Shown piece by piece: positions 20,898 through 30,656 of a stretch of 64,000 nucleotides of DNA. The stretch covers positions 22,003-86,002 of the forward strand of contig JANRLX010000022.1 of NCBI GenBank assembly GCA_033762115.1. The letters are read 5' to 3'. Under the pieces are notes generated by a model. It saw nothing but the letters and a program-made list of their open reading frames with translations. It ran no database searches and was not told the DNA's origin. This stretch comes from Verrucomicrobiota bacterium (GTDB lineage Bacteria; Verrucomicrobiota; Verrucomicrobiia; Limisphaerales; SXQI01). The number at the start of each line of letters is the position of its first letter. The first letter of the stretch is position 1. Made by a program: the position numbers and the translations under genes.

Positions 20898-20960
20898 GGT
20901 GTCCGGTGTCGCGACAGGTTTTAGCGTAGAAATTAAGAGAGTCAAGTATCTAAGTAACAA

Positions 20961-20980
20961 AATCGTTAAATTTAACGATT
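20961..20980. promoter_or_regulatory. Perfect 20-bp palindrome, putative protein-binding site
   Basis: AATCGTTAAATTTAACGATT in an AT-rich divergent intergenic region. Confidence 0.45.
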
Positions 20981-21108
20981 CCAGCTACCGATTTATGACG
21001 CAGCCACTACTAATTGGGGTGTTTTGTCCTAAATCAGGATTATTTAACGTCTGAAAAATGCAGCTTTTTGGTTCGCAAACGCAGGGTTCAAGGCCTATTT
21101 TTTATTTT

Positions 21109-21363
21109 ATGACCGCACTGGAACAACAAATACTGGAGAATTTGAAGGTATTGGAGGGGCTGATCCTGCAAATGAAGAGCGCAAACCCCAAGCCGAACCT
21201 GCTTCCAATATTTGAAACATTGGACAATTTAACCCGTCAACTCCCCAAAAACAGCGACCCATCACTTTTGCATTATCTCCATAAAAAGAGTTACGAGAAG
21301 GCCCGATTGTTTTTAGAAAATCGTGATTCTGAAAATTATCGCGGAGAATGCCGGCGGGACTGA
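21109..21363 (+). CDS. Hypothetical helical protein, probably co-transcribed with mnmE
   Basis: 84-aa ORF MTALEQQILE...LLHYLHKKSYEKARLFL; ends 4 nt before the mnmE ATG. Confidence 0.7.
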   Translation: MTALEQQILENLKVLEGLILQMKSANPKPNLLPIFETLDNLTRQLPKNSDPSLLHYLHKKSYEKARLFLENRDSENYRGECRRD

Positions 21364-21367
21364 ACCC

Positions 21368-22735
21368 ATGTTTTCTGATACTATTGCTGCCATTTCAACT
21401 CCTCTTGGAGAAGGCGGACTGGCGGTCGTCCGGCTGAGCGGTCCAGCTTCTTTCAAAGTGGCTGACAGCTGCTTTAAACCGTTAGGAAAAAATTCCACAT
21501 CAGCGGGGAAAGCAGCTTCACACACAATTCAGTATGGCAAGATCCTGTTGAATGGCGAGGTGGTGGATGAAGTGCTGCTTTCTGTATTTCGGGCCCCCCG
21601 GACTTTTACCAAAGAGAATATGGTCGAGGTGAGTTGCCATGGCGGTGTGCTGCCTGCTCAAATGGTTTTGGACGCACTCCTTCGAGGAGGCGCACGCCTG
21701 GCGGAGCCGGGAGAATTTACCCGACGGGCATTTCTCAACGGCAGGATTGACTTGGCGCAGGCTGAAGCTGTGGCAGATTTGATCCATTCCCGGACTGAAT
21801 TAGCCTTGCGTGCGGCCAATGAGCAGCTTGCGGGGAAACTTTCCTGCCGGATTGATGCTCTTCGCAGCGATCTCATGCTGGTGCTGGCACATGTGGAGGC
21901 TCACATCGACTTTCCTGACGAAGACATCGCCCCTGACACATTCGACCAGTTATTGTCAAAATTAAGGAAAGCGTCCGAATATATAGAGCAACTGCTTTCG
22001 ACTGCCCGGGAAGGACGGATACTCAGACGGGGACTCCGCACCGCAATTATTGGGCGGCCAAATGCGGGAAAATCGAGCTTGCTAAACCAATTATTGGGTC
22101 AGGACCGAGCCATCGTATCACCAATAGCAGGCACCACCCGGGATACGATTGAAGAAACCGCAAATGTCAGGGGAATTCCCATTGTTTTCGTGGACACAGC
22201 AGGTTTGCGTGAGTCGAAGGATGAGATTGAAGCGGAAGGAATTCGTCGCAGCAGGGAGGCTGCGTCTCAAGCCGAATTGATTCTGCATGTGGTTGATGCG
22301 TCGCAAGCAGTGCACGAAGAGGATCAAAACTTGATTGCGGAATTCGGCTCGCAGAACAGCATTCTCATCTGGAACAAAAGTGACCTGATTGATCGAACAG
22401 CGGATACTGAGCCCCGCGTTCAAGGCATCCCTGTTTCCTGCGTGACCGGGGAAGGGATTGAGTTATTGAAAGACCAGATCAAAAATCTCGTTTGGAGCGG
22501 GAATATTGGAAGTGAAATGCTGGAAGCAACGATCAATTCCCGGCATCAGGACGCATTGCAGCGAGCGAATTCCTCATTGAAACTCACGATCAGCGCATTG
22601 GAAGAGAACCAAACCCTGGAACTTGCTGCCATGGATTTAAGGCTGGCGGTGCAAGCGATTGGGGAGGTGGTCGGCAAAACAACCACCGAGGATTTACTCG
22701 ATGCAATCTTCAGCCAGTTCTGCCTTGGAAAATGA
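21368..22735 (+). CDS. mnmE: tRNA uridine-34 modification GTPase MnmE
   Basis: DTIAAISTP.GEGG, GEFTRRAFLNGRIDL, GRPNAGKSS, GTTRD, DTAG and terminal FCLGK. Confidence 0.97.
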   Translation: MFSDTIAAISTPLGEGGLAVVRLSGPASFKVADSCFKPLGKNSTSAGKAASHTIQYGKILLNGEVVDEVLLSVFRAPRTFTKENMVEVSCHGGVLPAQMVLDALLRGGARLAEPGEFTRRAFLNGRIDLAQAEAVADLIHSRTELALRAANEQLAGKLSCRIDALRSDLMLVLAHVEAHIDFPDEDIAPDTFDQLLSKLRKASEYIEQLLSTAREGRILRRGLRTAIIGRPNAGKSSLLNQLLGQDRAIVSPIAGTTRDTIEETANVRGIPIVFVDTAGLRESKDEIEAEGIRRSREAASQAELILHVVDASQAVHEEDQNLIAEFGSQNSILIWNKSDLIDRTADTEPRVQGIPVSCVTGEGIELLKDQIKNLVWSGNIGSEMLEATINSRHQDALQRANSSLKLTISALEENQTLELAAMDLRLAVQAIGEVVGKTTTEDLLDAIFSQFCLGK

Positions 22736-23344
22736 TCAAGTTCGCTGGTACGCCGCACGGTTGGTGGCGACTCCCCGCGCATTAAAATTGCGTTCAAAAT
22801 CCGTAATGACTGCGCTGAGTTCGTCCGGTGTTTCATCTTTTTTAAACAATGGAGAACTGTCATATACAGTGGTCATCTGCTGGAAATAATCTGCATCGTC
22901 TGTTCTCAGGTAAATTTTACCTCCAGAAAGGAGTGCTTGATGACTGAGCAGAACGAAACGTTCATTGATGAGCCTGTTCTTTCGCTGCTTTCGCTTGGGC
23001 CAAGGATCAGGAAAGTAGATATGTATAGCTGAGAGCGAACCTTTTGGGATCATGTATTCAACAAAATAAGCAGCTTCCATCCTAAGCATGCGCACATTGG
23101 TTAAACCTGCCCGGGCACATTTCCGATCGAGCTTTCGCAATCTTCCCAGTAAACGCTCCAGAGCTAGAAAATTCCGTTCGAGATGAAGCGCTGCATATTT
23201 TGAGAGAAACGATCCATCGCCGCTTCCCAGCTCCAATTCCACAGGCTGCAAGCTGGGAAAAAGACTTTTATAGTCAATCCGTTCAAGGATTGATTCCGGT
23301 CGGAAAATAAAGCTGGGCAATTCCTGCGTCCTGATTGAATTCAC
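22736..23344 (-). CDS. trmB: tRNA (guanine-N7)-methyltransferase
   Basis: ELELGSGDG, FPDPWPK, LRTD and TDFE motifs. Confidence 0.92.
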   Translation of the reverse strand: MNSIRTQELPSFIFRPESILERIDYKSLFPSLQPVELELGSGDGSFLSKYAALHLERNFLALERLLGRLRKLDRKCARAGLTNVRMLRMEAAYFVEYMIPKGSLSAIHIYFPDPWPKRKQRKNRLINERFVLLSHQALLSGGKIYLRTDDADYFQQMTTVYDSSPLFKKDETPDELSAVITDFERNFNARGVATNRAAYQRT

Positions 23345-23515
23345 TCTGCACCAAGCTCATAAATGCGAGTCGGGCGGGTGGCAAGGGATATCGAATTCAG
23401 GCTTCAAGGCACTTTCAATTCTTGAGGTTTTCAGAGAGAGCCGGGAATCGACAAAACGCAATCTTCTTTCAATGGCAAGCGGAATACTTATGCTCCCATC
23501 CGGTTTTGATAACTT

Positions 23516-24946
23516 ATGCGGAAAACGAAAATTATCGCCACACTGGGACCTGCCACTGATTCTGCAGAGAATATTGATCAACTGATTCAGGCTGGCATGA
23601 ATATTGTCCGCCTGAATATGTCCCATGCGAACCATGATTGGATTCGCCGTGTGATCAAGGACATCCGCAGTGCGGCAAGCAAACGCCGTGTGGCTGTTGG
23701 CATTCTCCTGGATACGCAGGGGCCAGCCATTCGAACCGGGGACCTTCCTGCCGCGCTTGATCTTACTCCCGGGCAGAAATTCTGGCTGACAGTGCGCGGG
23801 GAACAAAGCGAGGAGATTCACTCGGTGGATGTGAATTACGAAAATTTTGTTAACGACATCAGTGTAGGAGATACTGTCCTGCTGGATAATGGCGAGATTC
23901 AAATGAAGGTGCTCGCCAAGCATAAAAATAAAATCGAGTGCGAAGTGCTGACCCCTGGCAAACTCGGCAGCCGCAGGCATATCAACCTGCCAGGAGTGAA
24001 AGTGAGTCTCCCGGCGCTGACAGCCAAGGATTTCGCGGATATTGAGGTGGGATTGGAGATGGAGGTGGATTTCATCGCCCTGTCCTTTGTCCGTGAGGCC
24101 AAGGACATTTTGCAATTGAAAGCAGTGGTGTCACGGGCAGAAAAGCGTCCCCAGATCATTGCCAAGATTGAAGACCAGCAGGCGGTCCAGAATCTCTCGG
24201 ACATCATTTCTGAATCAGACGCGATCATGGTCGCGCGAGGTGATCTCGGGATTGAGATTCCCTACGAAGAATTGCCGATTGTGCAACGAAAAGTTGTCAA
24301 AGCATGCCTGCTTGTCGGGAAGCCGGTGATCGTGGCCACTCACATGCTGGAAAGCATGATCGAGAACCCGATGCCCACAAGGGCAGAGATTACCGATGTA
24401 GCGAACGCAGTCTTTGAGCAATCCGATGCAATCATGTTGAGCGGTGAAACCACCGTGGGCAAATATCCGCTGAAGTGTATTGAGGTTTTCGACAAGATTT
24501 CACGTCGGATCGAGCGTTCAGGAGGGGCCAATTACCAGGACTCTGCGGAATTAACCACGGCACGTCAAAAAATGATCAAAAGCGCAGTGGTCATGGCCAA
24601 TGAATTGAAGGCAGAGGCTTTGATTGTGTTTACGATCCACGGAAACATGGCGCGTTACGCTTCCTGGATGCGCCCCCGGTCCGGGGTGATTTTCGCGATT
24701 TGTGAAACCCCGGAAATAGCCAACTCGCTGACCCTGAACTGGGGCGTGATCCCGATTGTGATGCCCTTTTCAATTCGTGAACCGATTCACAACATCGATA
24801 TGGCTATTGACGAACTGGTCAAACAGCGGTTGCTCCAAACCGGAAATACCGTGGTGGTGGTCAGCTCCATCATGGCGGGGGACCAGATCGTGGATGCCGT
24901 GCAAATGCGGTCGATTGGCGCACAGCTCCCCAGAGAGAAAACCTGA
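23516..24946 (+). CDS. pyk: Pyruvate kinase
   Basis: KTKIIATLGP, RLNMSH, IIAKIE, MVARGDLG and PTRAE motifs. Confidence 0.97.
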   Translation: MRKTKIIATLGPATDSAENIDQLIQAGMNIVRLNMSHANHDWIRRVIKDIRSAASKRRVAVGILLDTQGPAIRTGDLPAALDLTPGQKFWLTVRGEQSEEIHSVDVNYENFVNDISVGDTVLLDNGEIQMKVLAKHKNKIECEVLTPGKLGSRRHINLPGVKVSLPALTAKDFADIEVGLEMEVDFIALSFVREAKDILQLKAVVSRAEKRPQIIAKIEDQQAVQNLSDIISESDAIMVARGDLGIEIPYEELPIVQRKVVKACLLVGKPVIVATHMLESMIENPMPTRAEITDVANAVFEQSDAIMLSGETTVGKYPLKCIEVFDKISRRIERSGGANYQDSAELTTARQKMIKSAVVMANELKAEALIVFTIHGNMARYASWMRPRSGVIFAICETPEIANSLTLNWGVIPIVMPFSIREPIHNIDMAIDELVKQRLLQTGNTVVVVSSIMAGDQIVDAVQMRSIGAQLPREKT

Positions 24947-24958
24947 TTCAACCGCTTT

Positions 24959-26410
24959 TCAGAATCGAAGGGAAGCAACAGCGGCATTGGCCATGTTGAC
25001 CAGGCTATTGGGGAAAATCCCGAGGAACAAGATAGCCGCAATGCAAAGGTAAAGACTAAGCCGAGCCGTCAAGGGCAGAGGGATTTCCGAATAGTCAGGC
25101 ACGACCTTTGACCAATAAATCGCCCGGACAACTCCAAGGTAGTAATAGAAGGAAGTCACCACGCCGAAAAGGGTGATGATAATCAGCACGAGAAAGCGAG
25201 AGTCACTGGCACTGCGTTCCACGATTGATTTCAGCAGCAGGAACTTGCCAAAAAAGCCTGCCAGCGGAGGAATTCCGGCCAGAGAGATCATTGCCAAGGC
25301 GAGGCTCGCGGCAAGCAATGGGGAACGACGGTGCAGGCCTGCCACGATACTGATATCTTCATCGTCAGCTTGCCGGGTAAGAATCGAAATAACGGTGAAA
25401 GCAGCAATGACAGTGAAAAGGTATCCTCCAAGATAGTAGAGCACCGCACTGGAGCCGGCAGCCGAGGCGGCGGCAACGCCCAATAAAAGATAACCTGCGT
25501 TGCTGATGCTTGAATAGCCCAGCAGGCGTTTCAAGTTTCTTTGCGGAATCGCGCACAGGTTCCCGTAAAGGATCGTGAGTGCGGCAATGACAATGATGAC
25601 TTGCGACCAGTCAAAAACAGCTTCTGGAACAGCACTGAAAAGCATCCGGAGCAGTAAGACAAACCCGGCGGATTTTGAGCCCACCGCAAGAAATGCGGTT
25701 ACCGGGGCAGGAGATCCCTGGTAAACATCCGGCGCCCATATCTGTAATGGGAAGGCGGCGATTTTGAAGGCAAGGCCTGCAATGACTAGAACCACCCCGA
25801 TGATGAACAATGGTTTGGAATAAAATTTATTCGCAGCAGCAAAAACTGCATCGAAGTTCGTCGTCTGGGCCATCCCAAAAATCAGGGCGATCCCATACAC
25901 CATGAATGCAGAGGCAACCCCGCCGACAATCAAATATTTCACGCCCGCTTCCACTGATTTCAAGCGGCTGCGTTGAAAACTGGTGAGGATGTAAAAACTG
26001 ACCGTGATCAGTTCAAGGGAAACGAAGACCATGATGAAATCGTTTGCAGATGCCGCAAACATCATTCCGGAAAGAGCAAAGAGGAGGATGGAATAGAATT
26101 CTGAAATGCCAACGGCAATCCGGTCAGCAAAACTGATCGAAATCAGCAGAACAAAAATGGCAGCAACAATAAAGAACTGCTTAAAGAAAAGTGCCAGCGG
26201 GTCCAGTGTGTAACTGCCTCCAAATGCATGTCGATTCGGGCCAGCCTCAATAAAAAAACTGCCGATCAGGATGGCGAACAGCGCAGCAATGGCGAGATAG
26301 CCCAGCTGAACCTTTCGAGCTGCCGGCGTCCAAAGGTCCACCAATAAAATCCCCAGGGCCACAGCAATGACCGCCAGTTCTAAAATCATGAGTGATGCAT
26401 TCATCAACAA
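24959..26410 (-). CDS. nuoN: NADH-quinone oxidoreductase subunit N
   Basis: EAGVKYLI, FKIAAFP...WAPDVYQG and KRLLGYSSI; position in the cluster. Confidence 0.93.
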   Translation of the reverse strand: MLMNASLMILELAVIAVALGILLVDLWTPAARKVQLGYLAIAALFAILIGSFFIEAGPNRHAFGGSYTLDPLALFFKQFFIVAAIFVLLISISFADRIAVGISEFYSILLFALSGMMFAASANDFIMVFVSLELITVSFYILTSFQRSRLKSVEAGVKYLIVGGVASAFMVYGIALIFGMAQTTNFDAVFAAANKFYSKPLFIIGVVLVIAGLAFKIAAFPLQIWAPDVYQGSPAPVTAFLAVGSKSAGFVLLLRMLFSAVPEAVFDWSQVIIVIAALTILYGNLCAIPQRNLKRLLGYSSISNAGYLLLGVAAASAAGSSAVLYYLGGYLFTVIAAFTVISILTRQADDEDISIVAGLHRRSPLLAASLALAMISLAGIPPLAGFFGKFLLLKSIVERSASDSRFLVLIIITLFGVVTSFYYYLGVVRAIYWSKVVPDYSEIPLPLTARLSLYLCIAAILFLGIFPNSLVNMANAAVASLRF

Positions 26411-27913
26411 CTACTTGAGGGGCGCCACGGCCACCGGCTTCGATTTTGTCATGGCCAATATGCCTTTCGCACTGGGCTCAATTTTGTCTGTCAACAAACG
26501 TGGAAAAATCCCGAACAGGAGCAGTGCCGTGATCAACAGGGCAAATGGAATTTTCCGCACCGGACCTGCATCAAAAGTCGCAGGAAGATCCTCAGGCATC
26601 GGCCCATGCATAATGCTGCGGATTGCCTTGAGCATGTAAACCGCGCCAATGACCAGCCCCCCCCAGACTGCCAGCGAGGTGATCAGTTTATATTTGTCCC
26701 ATGAGCCGAAGAGGGCCATGGCTTCTCCTACAAAATTGGCAAATCCTGGCAATCCGCATCCAGCCATCATGCACATGATCAGCACCGCGCCGACGAAAGG
26801 CATTCGTTGCATGAGGCCGCCCATCCGCTCCATGGAGAAGGTGCCGGTTTGGTTATAAAGATAACCGGAAAGGGCAAAGGAAAGAGCTGCAAGCAAACCA
26901 TGCGCCACCATGATGACCACCGCGCCGGTCACTCCGACAATTGAGAGACTGGCAATTCCAAGGAAAACAAAACCCATGTGGGCCACACTTGAATTGCCGA
27001 CCAGGAGATTCAAATCCTTTTGCCGGACGGCCACCAGACCGCAGTAAAGAATATTTCCCAGGCAGAGCCATGCCACAATATCCAGCCAAAAGCTGGCAGC
27101 CTGCGGCAGTAACGGAATCGCAATTCTCAATAAACCATAAAGACCGAATTTCTTGAGAACGCCTGCATGCAGCATGGCAGTGGCTGTGGGGGCAGCCCCA
27201 TAACCCAATGGGGCCCAGGTATGAAATGGCCAGAGAGAGACGAGGATGCCAAAACCAAGAAGCAGGAAAGGGAAGATAAATTTTTGTGCAGCCTCCGGTA
27301 AAGGGGTGTTTTGCAGATGCGTGGTAATCTCCACAATATCGAAACTGTTTGCCCCGGATTGCAGATAAAGCGCGATCAAACCGATCAGAGCGATCAAGCC
27401 ACCGAGCGAGAGGTAAAGTGTGATGTTGAATGTAGCGTAATTCTTCTCTTCGCCCCTGCCCCAGACGCCGATCATGATAAACGTGGGAATCAGCGCGAGT
27501 TCATGGAAAAAGAAGAAAAAGAAAAGGTCCAGCGACGCAAATGTGCCGATCACGCCGCTGATCATGATCATTAATAACAGATAAAACTCCTTTTCACGTT
27601 CCTTGATTTCGTAAGCAGCGCAAATCGCGGCAAACGCGACAATTGCCGCCATCAGGACCAGGCCGACATTCAAACCATCCACACCAACGTGGTAACTGAT
27701 TCGCAACGCTTCCACCCAGACACGTTTTTCAACAAACTGGTAACCTGCGGCTCCTGTTTGAAAATGGACAAACATTGCGATCGCAGAAAGCAGTGAAAGT
27801 GCGCCCGCGGAGAGGGAAACCAGCCGGATGAGAAACCGATAATTGCGGGGAATGAAAGCAATGGCCAGCGCGGCCAGCAGCGGAAACCCTAAAATATAGG
27901 TAAGTATGGACAT
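26411..27913 (-). CDS. nuoM: NADH-quinone oxidoreductase subunit M
   Basis: YHVGVDG, WPFHTWAP, LKKFGLYG, SSVAHMG and GLPGFANFVGE. Confidence 0.93.
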   Translation of the reverse strand: MSILTYILGFPLLAALAIAFIPRNYRFLIRLVSLSAGALSLLSAIAMFVHFQTGAAGYQFVEKRVWVEALRISYHVGVDGLNVGLVLMAAIVAFAAICAAYEIKEREKEFYLLLMIMISGVIGTFASLDLFFFFFFHELALIPTFIMIGVWGRGEEKNYATFNITLYLSLGGLIALIGLIALYLQSGANSFDIVEITTHLQNTPLPEAAQKFIFPFLLLGFGILVSLWPFHTWAPLGYGAAPTATAMLHAGVLKKFGLYGLLRIAIPLLPQAASFWLDIVAWLCLGNILYCGLVAVRQKDLNLLVGNSSVAHMGFVFLGIASLSIVGVTGAVVIMVAHGLLAALSFALSGYLYNQTGTFSMERMGGLMQRMPFVGAVLIMCMMAGCGLPGFANFVGEAMALFGSWDKYKLITSLAVWGGLVIGAVYMLKAIRSIMHGPMPEDLPATFDAGPVRKIPFALLITALLLFGIFPRLLTDKIEPSAKGILAMTKSKPVAVAPLK

Positions 27914-27919
27914 TCTTTT

Positions 27920-29827
27920 TTATGGCTTGAACACAAGCAACAGCAGCAACGCAATTCCTGCTGCGAGTAAAAATGCATAAGTCTGCAAATTGCCGGTCTG
28001 GGCCAGGCGAAGTGCCCGACCCGCAAATTCAGTGGTGCCATGGACCCCGCGCACCAGCAGGCCACTAATGATCCAGCGGTCAAACCAATCTGCCAACCGG
28101 GCCAGGGTGCCCTGGGTCAGATCAATGAGTTCACCGTAAATTTCATCGATATAAAAGCGGTTGCGCAATGTTCTGGCCAGCCCACGCGCCTTAAGCGGCA
28201 ATGGATCGCGGTTTGCGTTCAGGTAAAGCCCGGCGGCAAGAAAGAGGCCAAAAACCACTGCCAAAATCCCGCCCAAGGCTGCAAACGGGGCATGATTGAT
28301 CGGCCCAAAAAGCAACTCATTGATGCCACCTCCATGAGCGTGACTCGCATCCTTCGAGAGGTAGCTCTCCAATCCAAAAAAGCCTGCAAGCACGGTTGGC
28401 ACGGCCAGGACCAGCAGCGGAACAGTCATCAGGCGTGGAGATTCATGAGCATGAGCGGCACTGTTTGAACGGCCATTTCCAAGGAATGCGATGATAAAAA
28501 GTCGGGCCATGTAAAATGTCGTTAGAACCGCGACGATCAAACCAAGAATAAAGAATCCTGTGTGTTGCTCGTAGGCTTTCGCCAGGATCGCATCCTTGCT
28601 GTAAAATCCACTCAACGGCGGCACACCAGCCAGGGCGAGCGTTCCCAGCAAAAATGTCCAGTAAGTCAGCGGCATTTTTTTCTTTAATCCGCCCATGCGC
28701 CAAATGTCCTGTTCATGGTGCATTGCATGAATTACAGAGCCTGCACCAAGGAACAACATCGCTTTGAAAAACGCGTGGGTGGTAAGGTGATACATTGCCG
28801 CAGAAGTGCCTCCAAGCCCCACCGCCATGGTCATGTAGCCGAGTTGCGACAATGTGGAATAGGCAGGGATGCGCTTGATATCGTTTTGCTGGACAGCAAT
28901 CAGGGCCGCAAGCAGAGCGGTGATGCCTCCACTCCACGCGATGATTTCCAGGGCGGTGATGCCGTTCATGAAGGAGAGGAATTCAGGCCATGCCGAAGAG
29001 GCCTGATAGATGAAAAAGGTGCGGCAGAGCATGTAAATTCCAGCGGCAACCATCGTTGCGGCATGGATCAATGCGCTGACCGGAGTGGGGCCTTCCATTG
29101 CATCAGGCAGCCAGACGTGAAGCGGGAATTGTGCTGATTTGCCAAGCGCCCCGCAAAAAATCAACAGACCAACCAACCCGGCAAAGGCACCCAGGGCAGC
29201 GGGATTTGTGATGAGGCGTTGCTCGACGTGATCAAAGTTCACTGAGCCGAGGAGTGTCCAAATAATAATGATGCCAAGGAGAAAACCAAAATCACCGATT
29301 CGGTTGGCGAGGAATGCCTTTTTGGCGGCATTTGCCGCGGAAGCTTTTCCATGCCAAAAGCCGATCAGCAGATAACTGGAAATGCCGACCAGTTCCCAAA
29401 AGATAAACATCTGGAAGAAATTATTCGAGAGAACGATACCGAGCATCGAAAAGGTGAAAAGGCTCAGGCTCGCAAAGTAGCGAGAAAAGGCGGGGTCACC
29501 TTTCATGTAGGCATAGGAATAGATATGAATCAAGCTGGCCACACCCGTGACCACAATCAGCATCAACATGCTCAAACGATCCAGAAGCAGGCCCAGTTCG
29601 ATCCGAAAATCTCCCACGGAAATCCAGTTCAAAGGAGGGACTTTGACAAAGCCGCTTTGGCGCACGAGCGGAATCAATCCCAGGGTAATCAGAAAAGCAC
29701 CAAGAACCGCGGCAATGGAGATCAACGCGCTCACCCTGCCTGATCGCCGGGTAAACAAGGTAATGACTACCGCTGAAAAAAGCGGCAGCAACAAAACGAT
29801 CCATGCTGAATTTTCGAGCTGTTCCAT
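27920..29827 (-). CDS. nuoL: NADH-quinone oxidoreductase subunit L
   Basis: FWELVG.SSYLLIGFW, GKSAQFPLHVWLPDAMEGPTPVSALIHAATMV and THAFFKA. Confidence 0.95.
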   Translation of the reverse strand: MEQLENSAWIVLLLPLFSAVVITLFTRRSGRVSALISIAAVLGAFLITLGLIPLVRQSGFVKVPPLNWISVGDFRIELGLLLDRLSMLMLIVVTGVASLIHIYSYAYMKGDPAFSRYFASLSLFTFSMLGIVLSNNFFQMFIFWELVGISSYLLIGFWHGKASAANAAKKAFLANRIGDFGFLLGIIIIWTLLGSVNFDHVEQRLITNPAALGAFAGLVGLLIFCGALGKSAQFPLHVWLPDAMEGPTPVSALIHAATMVAAGIYMLCRTFFIYQASSAWPEFLSFMNGITALEIIAWSGGITALLAALIAVQQNDIKRIPAYSTLSQLGYMTMAVGLGGTSAAMYHLTTHAFFKAMLFLGAGSVIHAMHHEQDIWRMGGLKKKMPLTYWTFLLGTLALAGVPPLSGFYSKDAILAKAYEQHTGFFILGLIVAVLTTFYMARLFIIAFLGNGRSNSAAHAHESPRLMTVPLLVLAVPTVLAGFFGLESYLSKDASHAHGGGINELLFGPINHAPFAALGGILAVVFGLFLAAGLYLNANRDPLPLKARGLARTLRNRFYIDEIYGELIDLTQGTLARLADWFDRWIISGLLVRGVHGTTEFAGRALRLAQTGNLQTYAFLLAAGIALLLLLVFKP

Positions 29828-29836
29828 ACGTTCCAG

Positions 29837-30142
29837 TTACAGCTTCATCGTGGTGAGATCTTCCACATGGGTGGTTTGCCGCTTTCGATAAAGTGCCACG
29901 ATCAAGGCCAACCCCACAGCGACTTCAGCAGCGGCAACGGTGATGATAAAGAAAACCATTACCTGACCGTTGATATTGTTGGTAAAACGGGACAAAGCCA
30001 CAAAGGTGAGATTCGCCGCGTTCAGCATCAACTCCAGTGACATGTAAATGATCAGGAGATTGCGCCGTGCAATGACCCCGAACAACCCAATGCAAAAGAG
30101 CAGCGCACTAACGATTAAATAATGTTCCAGTCCCACCTTCAT
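29837..30142 (-). CDS. nuoK: NADH-quinone oxidoreductase subunit K
   Basis: [11 protein letters not shown] and [11 protein letters not shown]. Confidence 0.95.
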   Translation of the reverse strand: MKVGLEHYLIVSALLFCIGLFGVIARRNLLIIYMSLELMLNAANLTFVALSRFTNNINGQVMVFFIITVAAAEVAVGLALIVALYRKRQTTHVEDLTTMKL

Positions 30143-30639
30143 CGAAGATCTTTCTTGCTCAACAAAATCACTCCCACCATCGCCACCAAAAGCAGGAGGG
30201 ACATGATTTCAAACGGCAGCAGAAAATGCTTGAACAACACCTGCCCGAGAGGAGCAGTCGAACCCTCCAAAACCGGTCCGGCAAGGTTTTTTGGGGAATA
30301 GTACCAGTAAGCCCGCGCCAAAATCGCGCCAATTGCCCCCACTGCAAGGATGCCGCAACCAAGGCCGATCGGTCGAAGCTTTCGCCTTTCCTCTTCCTTG
30401 ATGTCCAGCAGCATGATGACAAACAGAAACAACACCATGACAGCACCGGCATAAACCAGCACCTGGACAGCGGCGAGGAAGAATGCATGCAACAGAACAA
30501 ACAATCCTGCCAATGAAACAATGCAAAGCACCAGGAACATGGCGCTCGTCACCGGGTTCCGGCTGAATGGGTTTGCAACGACCAGCAAACCACATAATAA
30601 CGTCAATCCTGCAAATAAATAAAATGCAATTTCGTGCAT
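30139..30639 (-). CDS. nuoJ: NADH-quinone oxidoreductase subunit J
   Basis: [20 protein letters not shown] and LPFE..S.LLLVA. Confidence 0.95.
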   Translation of the reverse strand: MHEIAFYLFAGLTLLCGLLVVANPFSRNPVTSAMFLVLCIVSLAGLFVLLHAFFLAAVQVLVYAGAVMVLFLFVIMLLDIKEEERRKLRPIGLGCGILAVGAIGAILARAYWYYSPKNLAGPVLEGSTAPLGQVLFKHFLLPFEIMSLLLLVAMVGVILLSKKDLR

Positions 30640-30656
30640 GAATTGGTACGAAGCGC

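Noticed and set aside
20944..20971. Possible dif site ending AATCGTTAAAT
   Set aside because: Only a partial XerD-arm match; no XerC arm and no ATAA-N6-TTAT core.
23357..24115. 252-aa minus-strand ORF and similar long shadow ORFs (566-1270, 10712-11401, 34665-35339)
   Set aside because: They are antisense to confidently identified genes and have no recognisable motifs.
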